Positions 1 through 10,282 of a stretch of DNA of 64,000 nt are shown here, in pieces. How positions within the stretch are numbered: the stretch's first letter is position 1; the number at the start of each line of letters is the position of its first letter. Below the pieces are notes generated by a model, which was not told the origin of the DNA, ran no database searches, and saw only the letters and a program-made list of their open reading frames with translations. This stretch comes from an uncultured Pelagibacteraceae bacterium. Its GTDB lineage: Bacteria > Pseudomonadota > Alphaproteobacteria > Pelagibacterales > Pelagibacteraceae. Both the position numbers and the translations under genes were made by a program. The DNA is taken from positions 9,670 through 73,669 of the forward strand of contig CACMYE010000003.1 of assembly GCA_902617825.1 (NCBI GenBank), given 5' to 3'.

Positions 1-663
1 TTTATGGAAGATATGACATACGATATGGCTGGCTCAGCTACAGTAGTTGGTTTGATGAAAAGTCTTGCTTTAAGAAAAGCTAAAGTTAATGCTGTGGGTG
101 TTGTTGGTTTAGTAGAAAATATGCCTGGTGGTAATGCACAAAGACCAGGAGATATAGTAAAATCTTATAGCGGTAAAACTGTTGAAATTTTAAATACTGA
201 TGCAGAAGGTAGGTTAGTATTAGCTGACGCTCTCACATTTACAGAGGAAAAATATAAACCAAAATTTATTGTTGATTTAGCTACCTTAACTGGTGCTATT
301 ATTGTTTCTTTAGGATCAGAGTACGCTGGTTTATTTTCTAATAATGATAAATTATCCAACCAATTAATTGATGCAGGTAAAAAGACAGAAGAAAAAGTTT
401 GGAGAATGCCTCTTAATAAAAATTTTGATAAATTAATAGACTCTAAAAACGCAGATATGCAAAATATTAATTATGTTGGTGGAGCTGGCTCAACTACGGC
501 GGCACAATTTTTACAAAGATTTATTTTAAACAAAACACCTTGGGCTCATTTAGATATAGCTGGTATGGCTTTCTCAAAATACGGTGGTGCTCTCAATTCA
601 GGTGGTGCAACAGGTTATGGAGTTAGATTATTAAACAAACTAGTAGAAGACTATTATGAGTAA
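1..663 (+). CDS. pepA: Leucyl aminopeptidase (M17), 5'-truncated by window edge
   Basis: [20 protein letters not shown] and WAHLDIAG motifs of the M17 catalytic domain; frame open from base 1. Confidence 0.96.
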   Translation, partial: FMEDMTYDMAGSATVVGLMKSLALRKAKVNAVGVVGLVENMPGGNAQRPGDIVKSYSGKTVEILNTDAEGRLVLADALTFTEEKYKPKFIVDLATLTGAIIVSLGSEYAGLFSNNDKLSNQLIDAGKKTEEKVWRMPLNKNFDKLIDSKNADMQNINYVGGAGSTTAAQFLQRFILNKTPWAHLDIAGMAFSKYGGALNSGGATGYGVRLLNKLVEDYYE

Positions 664-1066
664 TTTAGAACAGACTTTATCAATTATAAAACCAGACGCA
701 GTTGAAAGAAATCTAGAAAATGAAATTAAAGAGATGTTTAAAAACAAAGGATTTTCAATCTTAAAAGAAAAAAAAATTCAAGTTGAAAAATCTGAAGCTG
801 AAAAATTTTATAAAGTTCATGAAACTAAACCTTTTTACAATGATTTATGTGCATATCTTTCTTCAGGACCTATTGTAGTAATGGTTCTTAAAAAAGAAAA
901 TGCAGTTCTCGAAAATAGAGAGTTGATGGGAGCTACTAATCCAAAAGATGCTGACGAGGGCACTATTAGAAAAAAATATGGAATATCAATTGATAAAAAT
1001 TCAGTTCATGGCTCTGATAGTGTTGAAAATGCAAAAATTGAAATAGATTTCTTTTTTAAAGACTGA
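656..1066 (+). CDS. ndk: Nucleoside diphosphate kinase
   Basis: [12 protein letters not shown] start; NSVHGSDS active-site His motif. Confidence 0.97.
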   Translation: MSNLEQTLSIIKPDAVERNLENEIKEMFKNKGFSILKEKKIQVEKSEAEKFYKVHETKPFYNDLCAYLSSGPIVVMVLKKENAVLENRELMGATNPKDADEGTIRKKYGISIDKNSVHGSDSVENAKIEIDFFFKD

Positions 1067-1637
1067 ATATTTTTCTGATTGCTTTTGGATATAGCTTGTG
1101 CTCTTGAATTAAAACTTTTTTTTCTAATGATTTAGCAGTATCATATTTGCTAATCTTAACTTTTTTTTGAAGAATAATTTTTCCAGAATCCAATCGATAA
1201 TTAACAAAATGTACAGTACAACCAGTATATTTTTCACTATTTAATATTGCTCGATGATGAGTGTTCAAGCCTTTATATTTTGGGAGTAAGGAGGGATGAA
1301 TATTTAATATTTTATCTTTAAAACTTTTTATAAAATCTTTAGATAGAATTTTCATAAAACCTGCAAGGCAAATTAATTTAATATTTTTATTTTTTATTTC
1401 AGAAATTATTTTTTTTTCAGCAATTATCTTATTTTTATAATTAAAAACTTTATTTGGGATTTTAAAAATTTTTCCAAATTTTAATCCCTTTGCCTTTGGA
1501 TTATCTGAAATTATTAATTCTATTGAAATAGGTGAATTTTTTTTTTTAGCAAAATGAATTAGTGATTCAAGGTTACTTCCAGTTCCAGAAATAAATACAG
1601 CACACTTTATTTTTCTAGAACCAGTTAATAGAACCAT
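1056..1637 (-). CDS. purN: Phosphoribosylglycinamide formyltransferase
   Basis: ISGTGSNL, LAGFMKIL, NIHPSLLP, GCTVHFV; downstream of purM. Confidence 0.96.
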   Translation of the reverse strand: MVLLTGSRKIKCAVFISGTGSNLESLIHFAKKKNSPISIELIISDNPKAKGLKFGKIFKIPNKVFNYKNKIIAEKKIISEIKNKNIKLICLAGFMKILSKDFIKSFKDKILNIHPSLLPKYKGLNTHHRAILNSEKYTGCTVHFVNYRLDSGKIILQKKVKISKYDTAKSLEKKVLIQEHKLYPKAIRKIFSL

Positions 1638-2643
1638 TTAATTTAATTTTGTTATTACCTTTTAAAATTTTACCTATCACATAGGGCTTATAGTCTCTTG
1701 AAAAATATTTTGTGACTTTTTTTAAATCTTTAGGATTTATTATTAAGCAAAATCCGACTCCACAATTAAATGTTTTCAGCATCTCCTTTTCTGATATTCC
1801 ATTATTTCTTAGCCATTTAAATATATCCAAAGTTTTAATTTTATTCAAATCGATATCAGCAATCATTCTATTGGGAATAATTCTTTTGATATTATCTGAT
1901 AGGCCTCCACCTGTTATATTTGCACAACCATTAATTAAACCTTGGTTAACTAATTTTAAAACTTCTTCGACGTATATTTTAGTAGGTTTTAAAAGTTCAG
2001 ATTTTAAAAATTTATTTTTTTTAATATTAATTTTTTTTTGATTTATAAGATACCTTACCAATGAGAAACCATTAGAATGCAATCCACTTGATGGCACTGC
2101 TAAGATAAGGTTATTTTTTTTTATTCTATTTTTCGTTAAAATCTTATTTTTGTTAACTACACCTACTGCAAACCCTGCAATATCAAATTTACCTTTTTCA
2201 TATGTACCAGGCATTTCAGCTGTCTCACCACCAGCTAATTCACACCCAGACAATCTACAGCCTTTAAGAATTCCTTTGATTATGGATTTAAGTTTTTTTA
2301 AATCAATTTTATTAATTGATATATAATCTAAAAACAAAAGAGGCTTAGCACCTTGAACTATTAGATCATTAACACTCATTGCTACTAAATCTATACCAAT
2401 CGTATTAAAAATATTTAGAGTATTTGCGATCTCAATTTTTGTTCCAACACCATCTGTACAAGCAACAATTTTCGGTTGATTTATGCCTTGAGGAATACTA
2501 GTTATGGAGCCAAATCCACCTATGTTTGAAAACTTTTTTTTGCCTTTTTTCTTTGATGAAACATTAGAAATGAAATTAACAAAATTATCTGCAGCACTTA
2601 TATTAACACCACTTTTTTTATAGGTAATTTTTTTTTTATTCAT
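1615..2643 (-). CDS. purM: AIR synthetase (phosphoribosylformylglycinamidine cyclo-ligase)
   Basis: TDGVGTK, GGETAEMPG, SSGLHSNG, TFNCGVG motifs. Confidence 0.97.
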   Translation of the reverse strand: MNKKKITYKKSGVNISAADNFVNFISNVSSKKKGKKKFSNIGGFGSITSIPQGINQPKIVACTDGVGTKIEIANTLNIFNTIGIDLVAMSVNDLIVQGAKPLLFLDYISINKIDLKKLKSIIKGILKGCRLSGCELAGGETAEMPGTYEKGKFDIAGFAVGVVNKNKILTKNRIKKNNLILAVPSSGLHSNGFSLVRYLINQKKINIKKNKFLKSELLKPTKIYVEEVLKLVNQGLINGCANITGGGLSDNIKRIIPNRMIADIDLNKIKTLDIFKWLRNNGISEKEMLKTFNCGVGFCLIINPKDLKKVTKYFSRDYKPYVIGKILKGNNKIKLNGSINWF

Positions 2644-2654
2644 TAAAAAGGTTT

Positions 2655-3734
2655 ATGAAATATATTTTTCAAAATTTAAAGTTAAGAAAGTTATATATTT
2701 TTTTTTTATTTCTTGCTTTATTAAATATTTTTTTTTCCACAGGAATTAGTCTAGCCAAAACTTTCTCTATCAATGACCTTGAATTATCTACTCCTTTTAA
2801 GATCAATTTTAACAAAAACAAAATAATAGATGAAGGATTTGTTCAAGCTTTTAACCAGTTAATGTTATCTACTGTTCAGTCTAAAGATTATCAGAAGCTT
2901 AAAGATATACAATTGAATCAAATCAAAGGTATGATTGAGACATTTTCAATTAAAGAAGAAAAATTCGTTAATGAATATTATTATATTAAACTCAACGTAT
3001 CTTTTAATAAAAAAATTATATTTGATTTATTGGAAAAAAAAAATATTTTTCCATCATTACCAGTCAATAAAGATATTGTTTTCGTGCCAATAATTGTTGA
3101 TCAAATAGAAAATCAGATCAAAATGTTCTCAGACAATACTATATATGATCAATGGAATTCTAACATTAAACAATATGAGCTTTTAAATTATATTTTACCT
3201 ACAGAGGACCTCGAAGATTTAAATTTAGTTAAAAAAAATGTTGAAAATTTAGAAAACTTTGAATTTGGTGAAATAGTTAAAAAATATAACTTGGAAAACT
3301 ATATTATATCTATATTTTTCGTAGGTCCAGAACGAACTAGCCTCTTAAATAAAATTAGTTTTCAAAACAAAAAAACTTTAAAAAACATCCTAGTAAAAAA
3401 TATTGATTTTAATAACAATAATGAAATTAATAAATTTATAGAAATTCTAAAAATTACTTTCGAAGATTATTGGAAATCTCAAAATGAAATAAATACTTCT
3501 GTTAAATTACCTTTAACAATCTCAGTTGAAAACAGTAATAATATAAAAATTTACCAATTAGAGGAAAAACTTTCTAACATAGATCTAATTTATAATTTTA
3601 ATATTTATAAAATTGATAATAAAAATAATATTTATAAAATAATTTTTAATGGAACACCTGATAAATTTATAGAAGTGATGAAAAATAATAATTATGAATT
3701 TGAAACTGATAACAAAATATGGGTGATGAAATGA
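2655..3734 (+). CDS. Exported/membrane-anchored conserved protein (DUF2066-like)
   Basis: N-terminal hydrophobic segment; occupies the usual alphaproteobacterial slot between purM and hdaA. Confidence 0.55.
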   Translation: MKYIFQNLKLRKLYIFFLFLALLNIFFSTGISLAKTFSINDLELSTPFKINFNKNKIIDEGFVQAFNQLMLSTVQSKDYQKLKDIQLNQIKGMIETFSIKEEKFVNEYYYIKLNVSFNKKIIFDLLEKKNIFPSLPVNKDIVFVPIIVDQIENQIKMFSDNTIYDQWNSNIKQYELLNYILPTEDLEDLNLVKKNVENLENFEFGEIVKKYNLENYIISIFFVGPERTSLLNKISFQNKKTLKNILVKNIDFNNNNEINKFIEILKITFEDYWKSQNEINTSVKLPLTISVENSNNIKIYQLEEKLSNIDLIYNFNIYKIDNKNNIYKIIFNGTPDKFIEVMKNNNYEFETDNKIWVMK

Positions 3735-4393
3735 AAAACCTAAACCAACAAATTCTTAATTTTAATTATGAGCAGAATTTTAAAGACCAGGATTTTTATG
3801 TGACTAAAAGCAATGAATATTCATTTAAACTCTTAAATAGCTGGCCTAAATGGGAAAAAAATTTTGTTAATTTAATAGGTGAAAATTTCTCTGGAAAATC
3901 ACACCTGATAAATATTTTTTTACAAAATTTTAAAGGTATTAAAATTACTGCTTCCAAAATTAACAACGATTTTTTAAAACAAATTAAAATTTATGAGAAT
4001 ATTGTTATCGAAGATTTGTTGGAAAATATTGATGAAAATTTATTATTTACTCTAATTAACATTGTAGAACAAGATAACAAATATCTCATAGTTACTTCTA
4101 CAAAACCTATCGTAGAGTTTAAATTTACACTTAAAGATTTAAGTTCAAGATCAAAGAATTTTCTTTTATCAGTAATTGAAAAACCAGAAGATGATTTAAT
4201 GTATGCCTTAATATTAAAAAATTTATCAGATCGTCAGATCTTAATTGATAAAAAATTAATAGATTTTATTGTCAAAAGAATAAGTAGATCTTATGGTAAA
4301 ATATCCGATTTCATATATAAAATCGACGAAATTAGTTTAAAAAGAAAAAAGCCAATCGACTTTAAAATTATAAAACAGGCTTTAGGAGAATAA
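3731..4393 (+). CDS. hda: DnaA regulatory inactivator HdaA
   Basis: QQILNF clamp-binding-like motif, GENFSGKSHL Walker A, DLSSR motif; ATG 3731 overlaps the upstream stop (ATGA). Confidence 0.82.
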   Translation: MKNLNQQILNFNYEQNFKDQDFYVTKSNEYSFKLLNSWPKWEKNFVNLIGENFSGKSHLINIFLQNFKGIKITASKINNDFLKQIKIYENIVIEDLLENIDENLLFTLINIVEQDNKYLIVTSTKPIVEFKFTLKDLSSRSKNFLLSVIEKPEDDLMYALILKNLSDRQILIDKKLIDFIVKRISRSYGKISDFIYKIDEISLKRKKPIDFKIIKQALGE

Positions 4394-6178
4394 TTGAATA
4401 AGTACAGAACACATAAATGTAATGAATTAAGAAAAAGTGACGTTAATAAAAAAGTCTCTCTTTCTGGATGGATAAATAAAAAAAGAGATCATGGAAATCT
4501 ATTATTTATTGATCTTAGAGATAATTATGGAATTACACAATGTATAATTGATAAAGAAAACAAAAATTTTTTAGAATTAGAAAAAACACAGCTAGAGACA
4601 GTTATTAAGGTTAATGGTAAGGTAGTAAATCGTTCAGATGAAACCAAAAACAAAGATATTGAGACTGGAGAAATTGAGGTAGCAATATCTGAATATGAGA
4701 CATTAGGTACTTGTAAAGAATTACCATTGCCTGTTTTTAGTGATCAAGAATATGCAGAAGAAATAAGACTAAAATATAGATTTTTAGATTTAAGAAGAAA
4801 AAAAATTCATGAAAATATCATATTAAGATCAAAAGTTATTTCTTACATAAGAAATGAAATGATAAAATTAGGCTTTTTAGAATTTCAAACTCCAATTTTA
4901 ACTTCTTCTAGCCCTGAAGGAGCCAGAGATTTTCTTGTACCTAGTCGTTTAAACCCAGGTAAATTTTATGCTTTACCCCAAGCTCCACAACAATTTAAAC
5001 AATTAATAATGGTATCAGGTTTTGATAAATATTTTCAAATAGCTCCTTGCTTTAGAGATGAAGATGCTAGAGCAGATAGAAGTCCTGGTGAATTCTACCA
5101 ACTAGACTTAGAAATGTCTTTTGTCGAGCAAGAGGATGTATTCACTATAGTAGAAAAATTAATGGTAAATACTTTTAAAAAATTTTCTGATAAAAAATTA
5201 ATGTATCATATTTTTCCAAAGATAGCATACTCTGACGCAATGCTTAAGTATGGGAGTGATAAACCCGATTTAAGAAACCCTCTCATTATAAATGATATTA
5301 CAGAAATTTTTAAAAGAGAGGATATCTCGTTTGATATCTTTAAAAAATTAGTGCGATCTGGATCTAATGTTAGATCCATTACTACCAAAAATACAAAAGA
5401 TAAACCTAGAAGTTTTTTTGATAATATTGATAAATGGGCTAAAGACCAAGGCGCCTCTGGATTAGCATACTTTACTATTGAAAAAGATAATAAAATTTCA
5501 GCTAAAGGACCAGTAGGAAAATTTTTTTCTGAAGACGCACTTTTAGAAATAATGAAAATTACTAAATCTGAGGTAGGAGATAGTATTTTTTTAGCATGCG
5601 GAAAGCAAAATGAATTAGAAAAAATAACAGCACTAGCTAGAGATAAAATTGCTAAAGATTTAGATCTAATTGATAATGACACTTTTGCTTTCTGTTGGAT
5701 AGTTGACTACCCTATGTTTGAAAAAGATGAATTAACAAATAAGATTAAATTTAGTCATAATCCATTTTCTATGCCACAAGGCAAATTAAAACAAAAAGAT
5801 TTTGAAAATCCTCTTGATATTCTTGCTTATCAATATGATATAGTTTGTAATGGAATAGAGTTATCATCTGGTGCAATAAGAAATCATAAACCTGATCTTA
5901 TGTATAAACTTTTTTCAATTGCAGGTTACAATAAAGCAGAGGTAGATGAAAAATTTAGTGGTATGATTAACGCATTAAGTTTTGGTGCACCACCACATGG
6001 TGGAATTGCACCTGGAATAGATAGGATTATAATGCTTTTAGCAAATGAAAAAAATATAAGAGAAGTTACTATGTTTCCAATGAACCAAAACGCTCAAGAT
6101 TTAATGATGAAAGCACCATCAGCTATTAATCAAGACCAATTGAAAGAATTAAATCTCGCAATAAAAACTAAAAATTAA
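4394..6178 (+). CDS. aspS: Aspartate--tRNA ligase
   Basis: YRTH, RDHG, PEGARDF, FRDED, GAPPHGGIAPG; TTG start after AGGAG. Confidence 0.97.
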   Translation: MNKYRTHKCNELRKSDVNKKVSLSGWINKKRDHGNLLFIDLRDNYGITQCIIDKENKNFLELEKTQLETVIKVNGKVVNRSDETKNKDIETGEIEVAISEYETLGTCKELPLPVFSDQEYAEEIRLKYRFLDLRRKKIHENIILRSKVISYIRNEMIKLGFLEFQTPILTSSSPEGARDFLVPSRLNPGKFYALPQAPQQFKQLIMVSGFDKYFQIAPCFRDEDARADRSPGEFYQLDLEMSFVEQEDVFTIVEKLMVNTFKKFSDKKLMYHIFPKIAYSDAMLKYGSDKPDLRNPLIINDITEIFKREDISFDIFKKLVRSGSNVRSITTKNTKDKPRSFFDNIDKWAKDQGASGLAYFTIEKDNKISAKGPVGKFFSEDALLEIMKITKSEVGDSIFLACGKQNELEKITALARDKIAKDLDLIDNDTFAFCWIVDYPMFEKDELTNKIKFSHNPFSMPQGKLKQKDFENPLDILAYQYDIVCNGIELSSGAIRNHKPDLMYKLFSIAGYNKAEVDEKFSGMINALSFGAPPHGGIAPGIDRIIMLLANEKNIREVTMFPMNQNAQDLMMKAPSAINQDQLKELNLAIKTKN

Positions 6179-6181
6179 AAA

Positions 6182-7006
6182 TTATTTCTTTCCTTTTAAG
6201 CTGATTTTAACGTCAGATAAATCTACTAGATTTTTTTTATAATTGTTTCTTACAAATCCTTTGCTTGTAATATCTCTAACAATTTTAAGTAGTTGATTTT
6301 GATCTTCTGTGTTTTGATCATCTGAACCATTTGTGTCGTTTCCACCAATTGAAGGTGTGTGAGCAAGATCTTCTCTATTTTGATAAGAAATTGCTAGTTC
6401 TCTAAAAATATAATCTAAAATAGATGTAGCACTCAAAATTCTATCATTCCCTAAAACTTTACCTGATGGCTCAAATTTTGTTCCAACAAATGCACTAATA
6501 AACTCATCCAAAGGCACCCCATATTGAAGTCCAAGAGAAACTGCAATTGCAAAATTATTCATTAAAGCTTTTACCAGCTCACCCTCTTTACTAGTATCGA
6601 TGAATATTTCTCCAATTTTTCCATCCTCGTACTCCCCAGTGTGCAGATAGACCTTATGATCACCAATTGTTGCTTTCTGAATATATCCTTTTCTTCGATC
6701 AGGCATACCAAATCTCTTTCCATCTCTTTCTGAAGCTTTATTAAGCTTTGTAACTACGTTTTCTTTACTAATTGGATTTAAGTTTTCTGTATTGTTTAAT
6801 GTTTCAAAATTTTTATTGTCTATATTTTTATTTTTTTTAGGGTCAAGACTTTTAGTTTTCCTATTATCCAATTTAAGATCTAAAACTTCATATTTACCAT
6901 CATCTCTTTTTTCTAAATTTTTTAATTCTTTTTCATCTATATCATCTAAGTAATGATTGACCTTGAATGTGCACGTATAATAAGTTTCGACCAGATATTT
7001 TGCCAT
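6182..7006 (-). CDS. Stand-alone TSCPD-domain protein (C-terminal part of class II ribonucleotide reductase NrdJ) with unrelated N-terminus
   Basis: [45 protein letters not shown] and [14 protein letters not shown] match alphaproteobacterial NrdJ C-termini; no catalytic barrel. Confidence 0.8.
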   Translation of the reverse strand: MAKYLVETYYTCTFKVNHYLDDIDEKELKNLEKRDDGKYEVLDLKLDNRKTKSLDPKKNKNIDNKNFETLNNTENLNPISKENVVTKLNKASERDGKRFGMPDRRKGYIQKATIGDHKVYLHTGEYEDGKIGEIFIDTSKEGELVKALMNNFAIAVSLGLQYGVPLDEFISAFVGTKFEPSGKVLGNDRILSATSILDYIFRELAISYQNREDLAHTPSIGGNDTNGSDDQNTEDQNQLLKIVRDITSKGFVRNNYKKNLVDLSDVKISLKGKK

Positions 7007-7120
7007 TTAACCTCAGTTTAAAAATTAATTTGAATAATGAATCATTTAATTTATATACTTATTCAAATTTTAGTCTAATTTAAATTTTACAATTTTTAAT
7101 TGAAAAAATAAAAAAAAATA

Positions 7121-7480
7121 ATGTTGACAATTTTGAAAAAAATTTTCATTTGGTGGAATCAAGACACATTTGGAACTAGGTTAAAAACTATTTTTTTTGG
7201 AAAACTTGTTGGAACAGATGAGCTAGGCAACAAATACTATCAAAGTAAAAAAGGGAAGAGGTGGGTTGTATATGCTGATACAATTGATGCATCAAAAATT
7301 CCAGTTGAGTGGTATTCATGGATGCATTTTACTCCCAATAAAATAGAGAAAAAACATATTCTTGAAAAATATGAATGGCAAAAACCACATCAATCTAATT
7401 TGACAGGTACAGATCAAGCATACTATCCCAATAAAAATAAAGATGGAGCTAAAAAAAAATATAAAAGATGGAAAGAATAG
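7121..7480 (+). CDS. NADH:ubiquinone oxidoreductase accessory subunit NDUFA12 family
   Basis: VGTDELGNKYY, RWVVY, IPVEWYSWMH, NLTGT motifs. Confidence 0.92.
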   Translation: MLTILKKIFIWWNQDTFGTRLKTIFFGKLVGTDELGNKYYQSKKGKRWVVYADTIDASKIPVEWYSWMHFTPNKIEKKHILEKYEWQKPHQSNLTGTDQAYYPNKNKDGAKKKYKRWKE

Positions 7481-7847
7481 ACTTAAATTAAACTTAATAA
7501 TTTTTGTTTATTTTTCTTTATTTTCATTTGCATTTTCGCAAAGTAACTTGGAGGGTACTTATACGGATATTAAAATTTTAGATAAAATAAGCTCTAAAAA
7601 TACACTATTGAAATTAAAAAATGGAGATCTAGTGGCATTTAAAGACTTATCAATAAAAAGTTTAAAATGTAAAAATTCAGAATTTGACGACAACCCTGAA
7701 ATTACTGCTTACATACAAGTTACAGACCTTAATAATTCAAATAATGATGAAGTTTTTGTTTTTAACGGATGGATGTTTTCTTCAAGTCCATCAATAGCTC
7801 CATTTGACCATCCAGTTTATGATATTTGGCTTGTTAACTGTTATTAA
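7443..7847 (+). CDS. DUF2155 family exported protein
   Basis: LDKIS and C-terminal FNGWMFSSSPSIAPFDHPVYDIWLVNC signature; exact start uncertain. Confidence 0.85.
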   Translation: MELKKNIKDGKNRLKLNLIIFVYFSLFSFAFSQSNLEGTYTDIKILDKISSKNTLLKLKNGDLVAFKDLSIKSLKCKNSEFDDNPEITAYIQVTDLNNSNNDEVFVFNGWMFSSSPSIAPFDHPVYDIWLVNCY

Positions 7848-9181
7848 ATAATTTTTTCTTTATCTATCCATCCTACATTGAAGTCTGAATTAATAAATTT
7901 TTTATGATTTAACAGTTTTTTATGTAATGGAATAGTTGTTGTAATTCCTTCAATTACAAATTCATCTAAAGATCTATTCATTCTTTGAATAGCTTCTGAT
8001 CTATTTCGGCCATGACAAATTAACTTACAAATCATACTGTCGTAATAAGGAGTTATTTTATAGCCTTGGTATATAGCTCCATCTACTCTTGTTCTAAAAC
8101 CTGAAGGTTGATGACACATCCCGATAGTCCCCGGAGAAGGTTGGAAGTTTTTACTTGCATCTTCAGCGTTAATTCTACATTCAATTGCATGGCCTCTTGG
8201 ATTAATGTCACTTTGTTCTAATGCTGTCTCACCTGAGAATGCAATCCAAATTTGTTCTTTGATAATATCAATTCCTGTAACCATCTCTGTTACTGGGTGT
8301 TCTACTTGAACCCTAGTATTCATCTCAAGAAAATAGAATTTACCACCTTCATATATAAATTCGACTGTCCCAGCACCCATATAACCAATTTTTTCAACCA
8401 TATTTACTGTTTTTTCAAAAAGATCTTTTCTAACTTCATTATTTAAAACTGGACTAGGTGTCTCCTCAATTAGTTTTTGATGTCTCCTTTGGACTGAACA
8501 ATCTCTTTCATGAAGATGCACAACTCGGTTCTTACCAGCTAAAATTTGTACTTCAATATGCCTAGGATTTTCAAAAAATTTTTCAATGTAAACTTCGTCA
8601 TTTCCAAAATATTTTTGTGCCTCTGATTTAGCAGTAGAAAATAATGTTTCAAATTCCTCCTCTTTGTAAACGATTTTCATACCTTTTCCACCGCCTCCAC
8701 CTGAAGCTTTAATTAAAACAGGAAAACCAATTTTTTTACAAAGTTCCTTAGCTTGAGCTATATTTTTAACACCACCCTCAGAACCCTCAATAACAGGTAA
8801 TCCATTTTCTTTCGCAATTTTTTTTGCTTGAATTTTATCTCCCATCATCGCAATTAATTCAGAAGAAGCTCCAATAAATTTAATTTTATTTTCCTCTAAT
8901 ATTTTTGCAAAATTTGCATTCTCTGAGAGAAAACCATAACCAGGATGAACAGCTTCAGCATTAGTTAGCTCTATAGCAGACATCAATGCAGGTATATTTA
9001 GGTAACTGTTTTGTGGTTGGTGGGAGCCTATACAGACACTCTCATCAGCAAGTCTAACGTGCATACTGTCTCGATCAACATCAGAATGGACAGCAACAGT
9101 TGATATTCCCCATTCTTTACATGCTCTAATAATTCTAACTGCAATTTCCCCACGGTTAGCAATTAAAATTTTTTTAAACAT
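7844..9181 (-). CDS. accC: Acetyl-CoA carboxylase, biotin carboxylase
   Basis: KILIANRGEIA, HPGYGFLSEN, ERDCSVQRRHQK, EMNTRVQVEH. Confidence 0.97.
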   Translation of the reverse strand: MFKKILIANRGEIAVRIIRACKEWGISTVAVHSDVDRDSMHVRLADESVCIGSHQPQNSYLNIPALMSAIELTNAEAVHPGYGFLSENANFAKILEENKIKFIGASSELIAMMGDKIQAKKIAKENGLPVIEGSEGGVKNIAQAKELCKKIGFPVLIKASGGGGGKGMKIVYKEEEFETLFSTAKSEAQKYFGNDEVYIEKFFENPRHIEVQILAGKNRVVHLHERDCSVQRRHQKLIEETPSPVLNNEVRKDLFEKTVNMVEKIGYMGAGTVEFIYEGGKFYFLEMNTRVQVEHPVTEMVTGIDIIKEQIWIAFSGETALEQSDINPRGHAIECRINAEDASKNFQPSPGTIGMCHQPSGFRTRVDGAIYQGYKITPYYDSMICKLICHGRNRSEAIQRMNRSLDEFVIEGITTTIPLHKKLLNHKKFINSDFNVGWIDKEKII

Positions 9182-9184
9182 TAT

Positions 9185-9619
9185 TTATTCTAAAACGATA
9201 AGAGTTTGACCAAATTCAACTGGTTGGCCATCATCGATGCATATTTCTTTTACAACCCCGTCAGATGAGGAGGGCACATGATTCATTGTCTTCATTGCTT
9301 CAACAATCATTATTGTGTCACCTTTTTTAATTTTTTTACCTACTTCAATAAATTTTTTTGCACCTGGTTCAGGCGCATGGTAAGCAGTACCTATTATTGG
9401 AGATGTAACCTCAATACCATTTTTAATACTTTGATTATTTTCTGAAATAATTTTTTCAGTTGGGGAATTATAAGCAACCATTGAAGGCTGATTAATGTTA
9501 GATCCTGTATTTTTTGAGACTTTAATTTTAGTGTCTTTTTCAGTGATTTCTATTTCAGTTAGATTAAACTCTTCTAGATAATCGTTTAATTCTTTAATAA
9601 TTTTTTTATCGATTTTCAT
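9185..9619 (-). CDS. accB: Biotin carboxyl carrier protein
   Basis: EAMKTMN biotinylation motif. Confidence 0.96.
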   Translation of the reverse strand: MKIDKKIIKELNDYLEEFNLTEIEITEKDTKIKVSKNTGSNINQPSMVAYNSPTEKIISENNQSIKNGIEVTSPIIGTAYHAPEPGAKKFIEVGKKIKKGDTIMIVEAMKTMNHVPSSSDGVVKEICIDDGQPVEFGQTLIVLE

Positions 9620-10055
9620 TCTCTATTATCTTTTGTATAGAAATTATGGCTAAAATATAACCTTCAATACCTAAACCAAAAATACCACCAGTTGCTATAT
9701 CACTTATTAAAGATTTGTGTCTAAACTCCTCTCTTTTATAAATATTAGATATATGCATTTCGATTATTGGTTTTTTGAACAGGCTAAGAGCATCTCTAAT
9801 TGCTACTGATGTATGGGTAAACCCTGCTGCATTAATTATCATTCCTGTGTATTCTTTTCTAGCTTCTTGAATGATATTTACTATTTCACCTTCTAAATTT
9901 GATTGTGTAAAGTTTACCTCTAAACCAATTTCTTTTGATTTTTTTAAGCATTTTTCTTTTAATTGCTCAAATGTATCTGATCCATATTGTGATTGTTCTC
10001 TTTCACCTAATAGATTAAGATTTGGACCATTAATAATAATTATTTTATTAGTCAT
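9606..10055 (-). CDS. aroQ: Type II 3-dehydroquinate dehydratase
   Basis: NGPNLNLLG.RE, HTSVAIRDA, HISNIYKRE.FRH. Confidence 0.96.
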   Translation of the reverse strand: MTNKIIIINGPNLNLLGEREQSQYGSDTFEQLKEKCLKKSKEIGLEVNFTQSNLEGEIVNIIQEARKEYTGMIINAAGFTHTSVAIRDALSLFKKPIIEMHISNIYKREEFRHKSLISDIATGGIFGLGIEGYILAIISIQKIIENENR

Positions 10056-10071
10056 TTAGCACTTATATACG

Positions 10072-10281
10072 ATGAAAAAAATAAAAATTAAAGTAAATGG
10101 TAAATTTAAAACAGTTTTGAATAACTCTAAATTGTCTGATCTTCTAAAAAATCTTAATATTCCAATAAAAAAAGTAGCAATTGAATTGAATCAAGAAATT
10201 ATTGATAAAAAAAAATCTAACAATATAAAATTAAAAAAAAATGATAAAATTGAAATAGTTCATTTTATCGGAGGAGGATAG
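10072..10281 (+). CDS. thiS: Sulfur carrier protein ThiS
   Basis: 69 aa, ends EIVHFIGGG; precedes thiG. Confidence 0.94.
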   Translation: MKKIKIKVNGKFKTVLNNSKLSDLLKNLNIPIKKVAIELNQEIIDKKKSNNIKLKKNDKIEIVHFIGGG

Positions 10282-10282
10282 T

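Noticed and set aside
7007-7069. TTAA-N7-TTAA (CtrA-like, 7007-7021) and an 11-bp inverted repeat (7027-7069) upstream of the NrdJ remnant
   Set aside because: Nearly all A/T in a very AT-rich genome; the first overlaps the RBS; no NrdR box seen; not distinguishable from chance
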